Positions 39,756 through 48,839 are shown, counted from the stretch's first letter. The stretch: DNA of 64,000 nucleotides from a virus (IMGVR_UViG_3300037231_000129:1-64000); one strand, 5' to 3'. Made by a program: numbers and translations. Notes: generated from the sequence alone by a model not told the origin.

Positions 39756-40027
39756 ACGAACCCCTCTACGGCTGGTTCGACAAGGCTGACGCACCACCGG
39801 TCTACGAGCCGCCCCTCGACACGCCCTGCCCCTATTGCGGGCTTCCCTGCACGGACGACGATGTCCGCACCCACAGCTTCGTCAGCCTGGAGCGCCGCGC
39901 CGGCAGACGGTCGTATTTCTACCGCACGCACCAGACCTGCGACGACCAGGCCTCGGAGGGAGAGCAGGAATCCATTTTCAACGGCGTGGTCGAGCAGATC
40001 GCCGTGATCGAGGGCGAAGAGCCATGA
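39752..40027 (+). CDS. hypothetical protein (CPYC, H..C)
   Basis: ATGA coupling. Confidence 0.6.
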   Translation: MNEPLYGWFDKADAPPVYEPPLDTPCPYCGLPCTDDDVRTHSFVSLERRAGRRSYFYRTHQTCDDQASEGEQESIFNGVVEQIAVIEGEEP

Positions 40028-40203
40028 CGCAATCCATTCCTCCCGCAAGGCCGGCCAACAACAACGATCGGATTCCCAAGAATTTCATAAGCTTCAGCGA
40101 TCTCGCGACAGGCATGGGACTAGATGAAGACGTTCTTCTGCAACGGCTCGCAAAGATTTTCAGCAAGCGAGACATCCCTGCAGCCGAGGGTGAACCGCCG
40201 TAA
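40024..40203 (+). CDS. small hypothetical protein
   Basis: ATGA coupling. Confidence 0.45.
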   Translation: MTQSIPPARPANNNDRIPKNFISFSDLATGMGLDEDVLLQRLAKIFSKRDIPAAEGEPP

Positions 40204-40222
40204 CCGAACAGGAGACAAACCC

Positions 40223-40432
40223 ATGGATTACACGGCCTCCCAGCAGCTTGTCGTCGATGAACGCAACGCGCTGGAAGCAAAGATGACGACGCTGGTGGAG
40301 TACATCGCGAACTCGGAAGAATTCGCGCTGCTGCCTGTCGAAGACCGCGGCCGGCTGCGGATCCAGCTGTCGATCATGCGCCAGTACAGCGACATTCTGT
40401 TCGTCCGGATTGACCATTTCGCCAAGCCATGA
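40223..40432 (+). CDS. crAss001_48-like small helical phage protein
   Basis: AGGAG RBS; QQ.VVDE..L......L..Q..IM.QYS.IL..RI pattern. Confidence 0.65.
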   Translation: MDYTASQQLVVDERNALEAKMTTLVEYIANSEEFALLPVEDRGRLRIQLSIMRQYSDILFVRIDHFAKP

Positions 40433-40695
40433 GCCGCGCATCTCACCCTGAAGCCACCGCCGACGAAGTCTTCATCGGCAACATCTGGCGCAGCGATTTC
40501 TCGAAGATCGGTTGGAAAACCAAGCGACTTGGCCGGATCGCTTATGCGAGCGATGGCCGGGAAATTCCCAAGCACCAGGCATTCTCGCCTGTCTTCGCGA
40601 GTCGCGAAGAGGTTGAGGCCGCTGGTGTGGCAATCCCCGATACCGGCGTCATCGATCACTGTTGGCACGGCAAACTGAACTCTCGACCCCTCTGA
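40429..40695 (+). CDS. hypothetical protein
   Basis: HPE...EVF.GN, GWKTKR.G..AY, PVF. Confidence 0.65.
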   Translation: MSRASHPEATADEVFIGNIWRSDFSKIGWKTKRLGRIAYASDGREIPKHQAFSPVFASREEVEAAGVAIPDTGVIDHCWHGKLNSRPL

Positions 40696-40934
40696 AACGG
40701 CACGCGGGGATGACGCTGATCACGCCTGCGACGACGCGCCATCTGATTGCCGAGCTGCGCGCTCAGTGCCGGGAAATGCCGGCGCTGGCGTAGCCGGAAT
40801 GGGCGTAAGCGGTTCATCGCGCGCCATGTGGCCGTGTCGACCACGACCATCGTTTCCGGCCATGGGACCTTCCACTGATCCCAGAACGCGTGCAGCGCCG
40901 CGTCGATCTCGATGATCATCTGGCTATCTGGCAT
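40656..40934 (-). CDS. hypothetical protein
   Basis: End of the minus-strand chain; start uncertain. Confidence 0.45.
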   Translation of the reverse strand: MPDSQMIIEIDAALHAFWDQWKVPWPETMVVVDTATWRAMNRLRPFRLRQRRHFPALSAQLGNQMARRRRRDQRHPRVPFQRGREFSLPCQQ

Positions 40935-41164
40935 TCTGGCTATCTGGCTTTCCGTCTCAATGGTTCATCGACGGCCGCGCAGCGCGTCCTGTCGGCGTCA
41001 GGCGCACCATTGGTCGCGGCCAGTTAGAGACCTCGATCAAGCTGTTCATGAGAAGCTCCTGGAACGATCTCCACTCAATAAGCCCATAATCGATGGGCTG
41101 CCATTCCGGCGTGATCAGCGCCAGCACGCGACGCCCCGCCGGCGAGATCAAATCTTGCGATGAC

Positions 41165-41692
41165 TTAGGTGTCAGCTTTGCTCACGGGAAGCAGAGACAC
41201 TGACATAGAATCGATCCCGTAGGCCTTGAGCGTCGTGCGTGCCTCGATCAGCTGCTCGACCACATCCCGCATCTGGTTGTCGGTCCATTCAGGCCGCGTA
41301 TCAGCGCCAGGCCGGTCTTTCGGCCCACAGCTTTGCAGCAAGTCTTCCAGCTCGGCGGAGGTAGCCCGCGGTAGCCGCCAATTGAGCCGCGATCGCCGGC
41401 GCGAAGTTTCCCTGCTTGCCGCCATGCGCCGCAGCTTGATGAGCTGCTCGAGCACGTCCCTCATTTGACCATCGAGCAGCTCTAGGTCGAGTAGTCTGCG
41501 GAGTGTTCGGGCATAACAGAGCCACGTGTCGCGACTGATGTGCAACGGCACCTCGAGGCGGGAATTGACCGCGAAATGCCAGAGCAGGAACTGAGGATTG
41601 TCGAGTTCTGATGGTCTGCCTGCGTTCTCGGCTTCGATCTGCCAGTGCTCGGCCCCGTCGGTGATATTGGGAACGTGCAAATTGTCGCTCAT
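41165..41692 (-). CDS. hypothetical protein with internal repeat (QMRDVLEQLI/QMRDVVEQLI)
   Basis: ATGA coupling. Confidence 0.6.
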   Translation of the reverse strand: MSDNLHVPNITDGAEHWQIEAENAGRPSELDNPQFLLWHFAVNSRLEVPLHISRDTWLCYARTLRRLLDLELLDGQMRDVLEQLIKLRRMAASRETSRRRSRLNWRLPRATSAELEDLLQSCGPKDRPGADTRPEWTDNQMRDVVEQLIEARTTLKAYGIDSMSVSLLPVSKADT

Positions 41693-42069
41693 GTGAGCGG
41701 CCACGCGAGGCCCAGCGCGGCCGCGACCTCCATCGACGTGATCTCCCATCCCTCCTCGGTGTCGCCCTCCTGGCGCATGACGTGAAACGCCGGCAGGGCG
41801 TCCTCAGGAAACAGGTCGGCGGCGATCGGCGTCTCGTCCACCACCTCGACACCGCCATGAAAGCCTTCCACGGGCTCGACGGTGATCGGCGCGTCGTCAC
41901 CGTTGGGATTGTGGACGATGTGGCGCAGCTCGCCGCTGAGCAGCGTGACGTCGAACGGTGGTGGCCCGAAGCCGCCCAGCATGAGCGTCACTTTCGGAAT
42001 TTCGCGCCAGGTGCCGTTTTCGATCCAGCCCCAGGCGCGCCCGTCGTCGAGATTGTCGAACTTGGCCAT
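41689..42069 (-). CDS. hypothetical protein
   Basis: GGAG RBS; abuts the upstream stop. Confidence 0.6.
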   Translation of the reverse strand: MAKFDNLDDGRAWGWIENGTWREIPKVTLMLGGFGPPPFDVTLLSGELRHIVHNPNGDDAPITVEPVEGFHGGVEVVDETPIAADLFPEDALPAFHVMRQEGDTEEGWEITSMEVAAALGLAWPLT

Positions 42070-42327
42070 TTAGCGCTCCAGCCCTTTAGCGTCGGGCACC
42101 TCCAGCCGAAAGTTGATGATCGTGCCGAGGACAGCCTCGACTGGCTGCATAACAAGAACCACAGGCGCCAACCGATTACAGGCTACCCACCCAGACAAAA
42201 ATGCCCGGCGATGCATGCCTTCCTCGCGCACGGTCAGGGTTCCAAGGTGTTGCCGATAGGCCGCATAATCTGCGTACATGGCTTTACGCTTTTCGTCATC
42301 AGTCATGAGGAAGATCCTGCCAAGCAT
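42070..42327 (-). CDS. hypothetical protein
   Basis: Chain ORF; start uncertain. Confidence 0.5.
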   Translation of the reverse strand: MLGRIFLMTDDEKRKAMYADYAAYRQHLGTLTVREEGMHRRAFLSGWVACNRLAPVVLVMQPVEAVLGTIINFRLEVPDAKGLER

Positions 42328-42571
42328 GTTCGACAGCTTCGACCCGCTGCCATCCTTCGAAGTGGATCAGCGTCTCGGCATCGACCTTGCGCGCGAAACG
42401 GAGAGCCTTGCTTGCGTCGTTCGTCCACAAATCGGGCGTCACCAGCGCTTGCTGCCATTCCCATCGCGACGCCGGCCCAGCTGCATACCAGGACGGTGAT
42501 CCTACTCCTCGTCGCTCGATGAGCCAGCCGGTTTCAGCAACCGCTGGCGTCGTCTTGCCGAGATCCCCCAT
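42299..42571 (-). CDS. hypothetical protein
   Basis: GWLIER...ALRFARK.DAE...EHAW pattern. Confidence 0.55.
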   Translation of the reverse strand: MGDLGKTTPAVAETGWLIERRGVGSPSWYAAGPASRWEWQQALVTPDLWTNDASKALRFARKVDAETLIHFEGWQRVEAVEHAWQDLPHD

Positions 42572-42628
42572 GACGCACCGCTTTCCAGTTGCGGCGGCCC
42601 CCGAGCAGCAACGCGAGGGCCGCGTTGA

Positions 42629-44209
42629 TCATGCCGCGGCTGCGATGGCCCCGGTGACCGTCGCAAACCCGCTGATCGTCGGCGCCACGGTTCCCTTATG
42701 GGTGCAACCAACCAACACCAGTTTCGAAGTCGGCATATAGCTGCCAGCCTGGATTTCACCAGCAACACCACCGCCGTCGAAAATGACATCTGTCATTGTA
42801 ACAGTGGCACCCGTCGCCTGGTTTAAGGCGCTCTCCATGCTGTATCCGAAGAACAGCGTATTCGCCGCATTGGCTCGCAGCGCGATCGTGGTTCCGGTGA
42901 TCGACACCAGGCCACCGTCAGGGATGTCGACGACACTTCCGGAAACCGCGCCGCCGTCGGCCGCGCCGCCCGTCAGCACGCCGCCGGTGATGGTCGTTGT
43001 TCCCGCCCGTGATTTGACCGCGTGTGTGGAAAGCGGACCGGTCGATACAGTCGATGTCCCCAGCACGAATTTTGTGGTCGGACTGCCGCCGACATACATC
43101 TCGTGCGTGTAACCATCGCCAGCACCATTGCCGTGGATGTTGCTGCCGTTGACCGTGATGTTGCTGGCGAAGGTCAGAATTCCGTCCTGACAGCCGGTGA
43201 TCTCGACATCGGTCAGCGTGAAGCCGATCCCGGCCGCGCCGTCTCGCACTCCCGCCGCGTTGTTGCCCAAGGACGCTGGCACCGCCGCACCTTGAATCGT
43301 CAGCTTCTCGATCGTCACGCCGGCCACCGTTGGGACCAAGACGGCCTTGTTCTCATATGGCGGCAAATCGGTGGCGTTGATCGTTGTCACCCCCGTCCCG
43401 GCGCCAGTCACGATCCCGGCCACATTGATCGCGCCGGTACCGACAAACGTCCCGGCGCCCAAGGTCAGCGTCTGGCCTGTCGCCAGATCCGTTAGAAGCG
43501 TGGCAAGCGTTCCCGATTTGGCGACACCAGCGATTGTGCCGGCGACGGTGGTCAGCGCGGGCGCAGGCACCGGGATCGGAGCCGCTGGGACGGCACTTTG
43601 AGGCAGGAACGTCATATTCGAGCCGTTCGAGTTGAAAATCGACGTGGCATACGAAGCACTCCCGGTGCCCCGCGAGTTCGCCGCGTCCTGATTACACCAC
43701 CACGGGATCAGGCCGACGGTTGCCGCGTTGATCCACAGTCCATTCAAGCCTGGCCCGGTTGCATTGATCTCGAAGCCGGTCATGCCCGTGAAATCGCCGT
43801 TGATAGTGAAAACCTGCGATCCGGTCATGGTCTCGCCAACGTCCGAGGTCACGGTCAGGGGGCCGGCGAGCGCCGTTTGCTCGGTTCCCTGATTCATGAT
43901 GAGCACGAATTCGCAGCTGCCCGCCGTGCCCGGGTTGTTCGAAAGGGTGAGCTGGATGCTGTTGGGGCCTTTGCCGAGAGTGACTGGCGCTCCGGCTGCA
44001 ATTCCCGTCGGCATTGCGAGGGGATAAGCGTTGGTGCTGCCGGTGACGACCGGCGTCGTGCCGCCTCCCGTGGTGCCACCTCCCGTGGTACCGCCTCCCG
44101 TGCCCGTCCCGCTGCCTGTTACGCTGGCACCGCCGCCTGTTAAGACGGTGGTCTCGACGGTGGTCGATGAAAGGGTCGTGGTCTTCGTGGTGGTGTTGTT
44201 GCCGCTCAT
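42629..44209 (-). CDS. Gly/Thr-rich protein with right-handed beta-helix (pectin-lyase-like) domain
   Basis: AGGAG RBS; NAAGVR, ITGCQDGILT, HGNGAGDGYTHEMYVG, HAVKSRA, VDIPDGG. Confidence 0.75.
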   Translation of the reverse strand: MSGNNTTTKTTTLSSTTVETTVLTGGGASVTGSGTGTGGGTTGGGTTGGGTTPVVTGSTNAYPLAMPTGIAAGAPVTLGKGPNSIQLTLSNNPGTAGSCEFVLIMNQGTEQTALAGPLTVTSDVGETMTGSQVFTINGDFTGMTGFEINATGPGLNGLWINAATVGLIPWWCNQDAANSRGTGSASYATSIFNSNGSNMTFLPQSAVPAAPIPVPAPALTTVAGTIAGVAKSGTLATLLTDLATGQTLTLGAGTFVGTGAINVAGIVTGAGTGVTTINATDLPPYENKAVLVPTVAGVTIEKLTIQGAAVPASLGNNAAGVRDGAAGIGFTLTDVEITGCQDGILTFASNITVNGSNIHGNGAGDGYTHEMYVGGSPTTKFVLGTSTVSTGPLSTHAVKSRAGTTTITGGVLTGGAADGGAVSGSVVDIPDGGLVSITGTTIALRANAANTLFFGYSMESALNQATGATVTMTDVIFDGGGVAGEIQAGSYMPTSKLVLVGCTHKGTVAPTISGFATVTGAIAAAA

Positions 44210-44243
44210 GGGTGTCTCCTCTGAAATCATAGAAAAATTGCAA

Positions 44244-44480
44244 TTATTCAGTCGGCGTCGCGATCTGGCCCTTGACCATATCGAGTAGAAACTTGTTTAG
44301 CCTGTTTTGAGCTATCACGGCTGGACCAATTAAAGTGTTGACCTCGGCCTGCGCCGCATCGAGCCGCATGCGAGCGGCCCTTAGCTTCGCCTGATATCGC
44401 GCGGCGTCAGCGACCAACGTACGGATCTGAGCAAGATCATCGTCAGCCACGACGAACGGCGCGCCGCAGAGCTGCTTCAC
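44244..44480 (-). CDS. hypothetical coiled-coil protein
   Basis: GGAG RBS before GTG. Confidence 0.5.
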   Translation of the reverse strand: MKQLCGAPFVVADDDLAQIRTLVADAARYQAKLRAARMRLDAAQAEVNTLIGPAVIAQNRLNKFLLDMVKGQIATPTE

Positions 44481-45429
44481 GTTGGAGACGCTCCGCCGCG
44501 TTTTTCAACTGCTCGACCTGGCCGGGCGTGACTCGAGCATGCACCAAATCGTCGAGAACCTCGTCGACGCGTTTGGCGACCTTACGAGCCGCTTCGATTT
44601 CCTCGGCCTTTTCCACGGCTGCCCGCGCGACGACGATCTCGCCAGCGACGGATCTGAGTCGTTCTCGACCTGATTGCTGGAGGACCAGTGCGGGATCGTT
44701 GTAGATCCCCTCCTGCATGGGATGACCTCCCATCGGCACGATCCCGACGCTTTTGCCGTCCGGCGCCATCTCGGCGTGCGTCCCATAAAGGTCACCCGCG
44801 CGCAACATACGTTCCGCCTCCGCGATCATTTCGTCGGAGAAAGCCTTATCGGTCTCGGAATTACCGAAACGACCGAAACCCTTGCACGATATCGAGTATC
44901 TCGGCACAGCGTCAGTGCTCGGCGGAAGCCGCGCCACCGGATGATCGCTCGCCAGGAAACGTCGTTCGCAGCGCAGCCACGCCTCCGCCGGCTTCGGACT
45001 GGGTTTCTGGGACGTGATTCCCGGTCCAAATGGGTCTGCCGAGGCGATCTGCGACGTTTGGCCGGCGAGAGGCTTGGTGATGACGGCTTCGATCTGCGCC
45101 CGCAGCTTCGTCTCCTCATCCTCGAGATCGTCGAAGATCATCATGCTCGCGCTCAAGCCTGTTAGGCTCGCCGCCGGCGATATCTTCGTCGTCTTCCAAC
45201 GATACCCGACCGGGATTGGCACCGTATTGTCCTCTGGGTGAAACACGGAAACGGGCCCATGCTCGAGGCCGACCTCGACGTCTGCGACTCGGAACACGGG
45301 CTCGAGCGCTTCCAGTGGGATGCGAAAATTCTTCCGCAAAACACCGAATCCCTGCGATTTCCCACAATTTAACAAAGCCTGCATCTCGGCCAAAGTCGGG
45401 AGAACCTTCGGTGGATCGCCGCATGCCAT
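44443..45429 (-). CDS. hypothetical protein (328 aa)
   Basis: GGAGG RBS. Confidence 0.6.
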   Translation of the reverse strand: MACGDPPKVLPTLAEMQALLNCGKSQGFGVLRKNFRIPLEALEPVFRVADVEVGLEHGPVSVFHPEDNTVPIPVGYRWKTTKISPAASLTGLSASMMIFDDLEDEETKLRAQIEAVITKPLAGQTSQIASADPFGPGITSQKPSPKPAEAWLRCERRFLASDHPVARLPPSTDAVPRYSISCKGFGRFGNSETDKAFSDEMIAEAERMLRAGDLYGTHAEMAPDGKSVGIVPMGGHPMQEGIYNDPALVLQQSGRERLRSVAGEIVVARAAVEKAEEIEAARKVAKRVDEVLDDLVHARVTPGQVEQLKNAAERLQREAALRRAVRRG

Positions 45430-45469
45430 TTGCCTGCCTCCATTCCTGATCCCAGCATCATAGGCGCAT

Positions 45470-45545
45470 TGGTGCCCAGGGATGGAATCGAACCACCGAC
45501 TCCCGCGTTTTCGGCGCGGAGCTCTACCAACTGAGCTACCCGGGC
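45470..45545 (-). tRNA. tRNA-Phe(GAA) with encoded CCA
   Basis: GCCCGGG TA GCTC..GAGC T CCGCG-CCGAAAA-CGCGG GAGTC GGTGG-TTCGATT-CCATC CCTGGGC ACCA; 76 nt. Confidence 0.9.
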
Positions 45546-45549
45546 AACG

Positions 45550-45649
45550 AGCCTGGTGAGGGATTCGAACCCCCGACCTCTCTACAGTCCCACAGCCGTG
45601 AAGCTGACCCTGCTTGAGTGCTCTGACCGAATAACTGAGCTACCCAGAC
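45550..45649 (-). tRNA. tRNA-like element with greatly extended anticodon arm and no CCA
   Basis: Acceptor GTCTGG/CCAGGC, D arm GCTC/GAGC, T arm GGGGG-TTCGAAT-CCCTC; anticodon arm about 39 nt. Confidence 0.65.
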
Positions 45650-45682
45650 CCGACGCAACCTTGATCGGCCCATGATCGTGTG

Positions 45683-46807
45683 TCAATCAGGCTTCGGCAC
45701 TTCCTCCTCCGGATCCATAACTCGCCGCAGATCCTCAAGACTGTCCGGCGGCGGCGGCCGCGGCGGCTCACTCTCGCGCCGCACCTCGCCGGCGAGCAGC
45801 AACTGCCCCGCGCGCACGATGCGCAGCTCGTCGCTGCGCAGCTTCGACATATCCGCCTGTGGCAGCAACGCCGGATCCGCCGGCGGCACCGTGGGCCCGC
45901 GACCACCACCCCCGCCCAGCGCCAGGCCGGCGATCGCGCGTTCCAGAGTGATTGTGTCCTTCAGCGAGTTGGTGAGCGCCCGCAGCGTCCCCGCCAGCGT
46001 GTCGCCCTCGGTCGGCAGCAATAGCGTCAGCGCAGCCCGCTGCACCTTCAACAGCTTCTCCTGCGCGTCCTCCTCCTCAAGGCCCTCGGTTTTCACGTAA
46101 TCATGCGGCGTCAGGTAAACCGACAATAAATGCGTCACTTCCGCCAAGATCCGCTTATGTCGCTCCACCTGCTGGAGCTGCTGCAGCGACATCATCCCGC
46201 GCAGCGTTGAAAGGTGAACCTGGAGCTCCGCTTGCTCCTCTTTCGACCGCGTTGGGAATATAGTCGCTTCGGGTGGTTTAGGCGGTGGTTTCGCTCCCGG
46301 AAACGGGATTACGTGCGCACCCGGCGCTTTGCCGGCCTTCGCTGGCTTGGCGGAATCCCCGACGGGCTTGGCTGGTTCTTCGGGAGGGGTCTGCTGGGGT
46401 GCCGGCGGAACGGGGGGTGGGAATGGCGTCCCAGGCCGAACAGCCGGTGGCCCATGCGGCCCTGCCTGCCGCTTTGCGATCCGCTGGGCCTTCTTTGGCA
46501 TGGGTGGACCGCCGAGGCTCTTGGCCAGCCCCTGCGCCAGGACTTCGTCGTGCGCCTCCGCCGCGGCATCCTTCACCTGGCGATCGAATTCCGCGGCCTG
46601 CTGCTTGGTGAGCTTCTTCATCTCGCCGGGAGAGGTGTATTTGAGCCAGCCGCCGACCTCGATCCAGTACTCGATGGCCCCCCGGTGAACACCATATTTC
46701 CTAGCCAGGTAGCGCTGGGAGCAGGCGGAGTTTTCGTATTCCCAGCGGCAGGCTGCCAGGTGTGCGTCGGTTAACTTCCGGACAATCCGGGTTGGATGCT
46801 TAGCCAT
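45683..46807 (-). CDS. putative terminase small subunit / N-terminal HTH protein
   Basis: EYE....SQRYLARKYGV...AI..W...GGW HTH; first gene of the leftward unit. Confidence 0.5.
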   Translation of the reverse strand: MAKHPTRIVRKLTDAHLAACRWEYENSACSQRYLARKYGVHRGAIEYWIEVGGWLKYTSPGEMKKLTKQQAAEFDRQVKDAAAEAHDEVLAQGLAKSLGGPPMPKKAQRIAKRQAGPHGPPAVRPGTPFPPPVPPAPQQTPPEEPAKPVGDSAKPAKAGKAPGAHVIPFPGAKPPPKPPEATIFPTRSKEEQAELQVHLSTLRGMMSLQQLQQVERHKRILAEVTHLLSVYLTPHDYVKTEGLEEEDAQEKLLKVQRAALTLLLPTEGDTLAGTLRALTNSLKDTITLERAIAGLALGGGGGRGPTVPPADPALLPQADMSKLRSDELRIVRAGQLLLAGEVRRESEPPRPPPPDSLEDLRRVMDPEEEVPKPD

Positions 46808-46967
46808 GGCAACAATTCAACATTTTTGTAAGAAAAACGCAACGAGACCTTGAAATTATCATTGATTTTGCACCGAAAAACACCACATACTTATAGACCG
46901 AAACGCTCGGTCGGCCCAGCCGGGACACCCCCGTTGCTGGGTCTTTGCATATCTAAGGAACACCACC
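46808..46967. promoter_or_regulatory. AT-rich divergent promoter region with two hairpins before the first array gene
   Basis: Local AT richness; TTGCAC...CATACT; hairpins GACCGA/TCGGTC and CCCAGC/GCTGGG. Confidence 0.5.
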
Positions 46968-47333
46968 ATGTTCAAAAAGTTCTTCCGCAAAATCGTCCCG
47001 GCAGTTCCTGGCTCCCCAAGGGGTCCTTTGGTTCTTGTCGTGACACCTCCGACGGCTCTTGCCGAGCCTGTCGTCGATTTCCTGACCCCGTTCATCCAGT
47101 TCTCTCGGATGCGGATCAATTCGCTTCGGATGTCCAGTTGCTGTCCCACCTCTGTGGTGGCACGGAAGCTGCGAAGGATCGAAGCAAAAATCGATAATTT
47201 CCAAAGACTGGTTATCTGCCCAACCGGTCTCGATCTTGAACTCTCGATCATCATGGTCGTCGAGCTCATCAACGGGATTACCGCCGATTTGGACCAGGTC
47301 GTCAGTGAAATGGGAGTTGTCGAAACCGTCTAG
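46968..47333 (+). CDS. hypothetical protein (array gene)
   Basis: TAAGGAACACCACC-ATG leader. Confidence 0.65.
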   Translation: MFKKFFRKIVPAVPGSPRGPLVLVVTPPTALAEPVVDFLTPFIQFSRMRINSLRMSSCCPTSVVARKLRRIEAKIDNFQRLVICPTGLDLELSIIMVVELINGITADLDQVVSEMGVVETV

Positions 47334-47348
47334 CGCCGCGTGAGCGGC

Positions 47349-47405
47349 GTGCCTTCCCTGTGATCAAGCAGGGCAGAGAGCTGGCTGCGCTCCAGCGAAA
47401 GGCAC
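47349..47405 (+). ncRNA. hammerhead-like element, type III topology, CAGAGA core (copy A1)
   Basis: GTGCCT T CCCTG/CAGGG CAGAGA GCTGG/CCAGC GAA AGGCAC. Confidence 0.55.
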
Positions 47406-47411
47406 ACCCCA

Positions 47412-47780
47412 ATGTTCAACGCAATCCTCCCCGTCGTTCGTCCCGTCGCCATTGCTGGCGCCCGGGTTGCCGGCGGCATCGCCATTGACGTGACCAAGAC
47501 CGCTGCCGGCGTCGTTGTCGGTATCGCGCTCGCGGTCGGTCTGGTTCGTGGTCTCAACAAAATCGAAACCACGTATCAGACGGTCAAGACCCGCCGCCAG
47601 GCGCGGCAGATCGCCAAATCGGTGGCTCAGGAAATCGCAAAACGCAATCTCCTGGCCTCCAACGGCTTTCTGCACCGCGACCAAGTGGCTCCTCAGCTGC
47701 ACGCTGAGATCCAACGGATGATCGACAATGGCCGTCTGGTCCTTGTCGCCGATCCGATCTCCGATGAGCTCGCCGCGTAA
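47412..47780 (+). CDS. hypothetical protein (array gene)
   Basis: GAAAGG-CACACCCCA-ATG. Confidence 0.75.
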   Translation: MFNAILPVVRPVAIAGARVAGGIAIDVTKTAAGVVVGIALAVGLVRGLNKIETTYQTVKTRRQARQIAKSVAQEIAKRNLLASNGFLHRDQVAPQLHAEIQRMIDNGRLVLVADPISDELAA

Positions 47781-47825
47781 GCGGCGTGCCTTCGGGCCTC
47801 CTAAGACCACGCCGCACCATGCGGC

Positions 47826-47884
47826 GTGCCTATCCAGCACCGCTGGACAGAGAGCCGAGACCTGTCCGTCTCGGCGAAAGGCAC
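47826..47884 (+). ncRNA. hammerhead-like element A2
   Basis: GTGCCT A TCCAGC/GCTGGA CAGAGA GCCGAGAC/GTCTCGGC GAA AGGCAC. Confidence 0.55.
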
Positions 47885-47892
47885 ACCCCAAT

Positions 47893-48162
47893 ATGCCCAC
47901 CCCCACAGAAGAAATCCTCGATCCCTCCGATGAAGAGCTGGTCGAGACCCTACGCTGCATCAACAGCCTGGCTCGGCTCCGTGAAATCATGGGCGGCCGC
48001 CTCGGCAGCTCTGATCCAACGGTCGCACTCTTGGTAGCGGTCATCTTCCGTCTCGAGCGCGACTACCAAACGGATTCGAGCGAGGCTCAGCGTGACGAAA
48101 TCAGACGCCTGGTGGCTTCGGAAAAAAGACACGAAATCACCAGCCTGCTGAATTCGCTATAA
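47893..48162 (+). CDS. hypothetical protein (array gene)
   Basis: Shared leader; 89 aa. Confidence 0.7.
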   Translation: MPTPTEEILDPSDEELVETLRCINSLARLREIMGGRLGSSDPTVALLVAVIFRLERDYQTDSSEAQRDEIRRLVASEKRHEITSLLNSL

Positions 48163-48181
48163 GAACCTGGCGCAAGCCAGG

Positions 48182-48236
48182 GCCTTCCCCACCCCGTGGG
48201 GCAGAGAGCCGGGACCTGTCAGTTCTGGCGAAAGGC
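48182..48236 (+). ncRNA. hammerhead-like element A3
   Basis: GCCT T CCCCAC/GTGGGG CAGAGA GCCGGGAC/GTTCTGGC GAA AGGC. Confidence 0.55.
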
Positions 48237-48244
48237 ACACCCCA

Positions 48245-48565
48245 ATGACTTTCAAATCCTTCCTGTCGGCGACCGGCAGCGCGATCGGTGCCACGGCAAA
48301 GATCATGAACGACGTCGCCATGACCAATGCACGTGGCAATCTCCTGTTGAGGCTTCCGACCGAGATCGACAAGATCGATACCGCATTCGGAACCTTGACA
48401 ACCGATCTTCACATGCTCGCCGCCTACGGCAAACCGAGCTCTTCCGAGCAGCTTCGCGCTACGCGGGAGATCTCTGACAAACTGGCAGCTTTGGCCGCCA
48501 AGCTTGTCGCAACATCCTCCGAACTCGCGGCTTTGGCCGGGGCCAAGAAGATGAGCCCCGCATGA
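48245..48565 (+). CDS. hypothetical protein (array gene)
   Basis: Shared leader. Confidence 0.75.
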   Translation: MTFKSFLSATGSAIGATAKIMNDVAMTNARGNLLLRLPTEIDKIDTAFGTLTTDLHMLAAYGKPSSSEQLRATREISDKLAALAAKLVATSSELAALAGAKKMSPA

Positions 48566-48571
48566 CGGGGC

Positions 48572-48625
48572 GCCTTTCCAGCACCGCTGGACAGAGAGCC
48601 GAGACCTGTCGTCTCGGCGAAAGGC
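48572..48625 (+). ncRNA. hammerhead-like element A4
   Basis: GCCT T TCCAGC/GCTGGA CAGAGA GCCGAGAC/GTCTCGGC GAA AGGC. Confidence 0.55.
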
Positions 48626-48632
48626 ACACCCA

Positions 48633-48755
48633 ATGCTCAAAACTCTTACCCGAAAACTCCTGGTCACAGGCGTTGCGCTCCTATCGGGCGCCACGGTGGC
48701 CGGGATCACTCTCGCGATCATCTCCGTCAAGGGCGCGAAAGGCGCACCCGAATAA
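48633..48755 (+). CDS. 40-aa single-TM peptide (MLKTLTRKLLVTGVALLSGATVAGITLAIISVKGAKGAPE)
   Basis: Hand-translated; shared leader. Confidence 0.65.
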   Translation: MLKTLTRKLLVTGVALLSGATVAGITLAIISVKGAKGAPE

Positions 48756-48779
48756 CCAAACTGCCCCTCTCGTAGGGGC

Positions 48780-48831
48780 GCCTTCCCCGCACCGCGGGGC
48801 AGAGAGCATCCCTGCAATGGATGCGAAAGGC
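48780..48831 (+). ncRNA. hammerhead-like element A5
   Basis: GCCT T CCCCGC/GCGGGG CAGAGA GCATCC/GGATGC GAA AGGC. Confidence 0.55.
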
Positions 48832-48839
48832 ACACCCCA

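Noticed and set aside
45590-45610. Selenocysteine or opal-suppressor tRNA from the CTTCA at the arm tip
   Set aside because: Arm geometry and loop size do not match a decoding tRNA, and there is no long variable arm.
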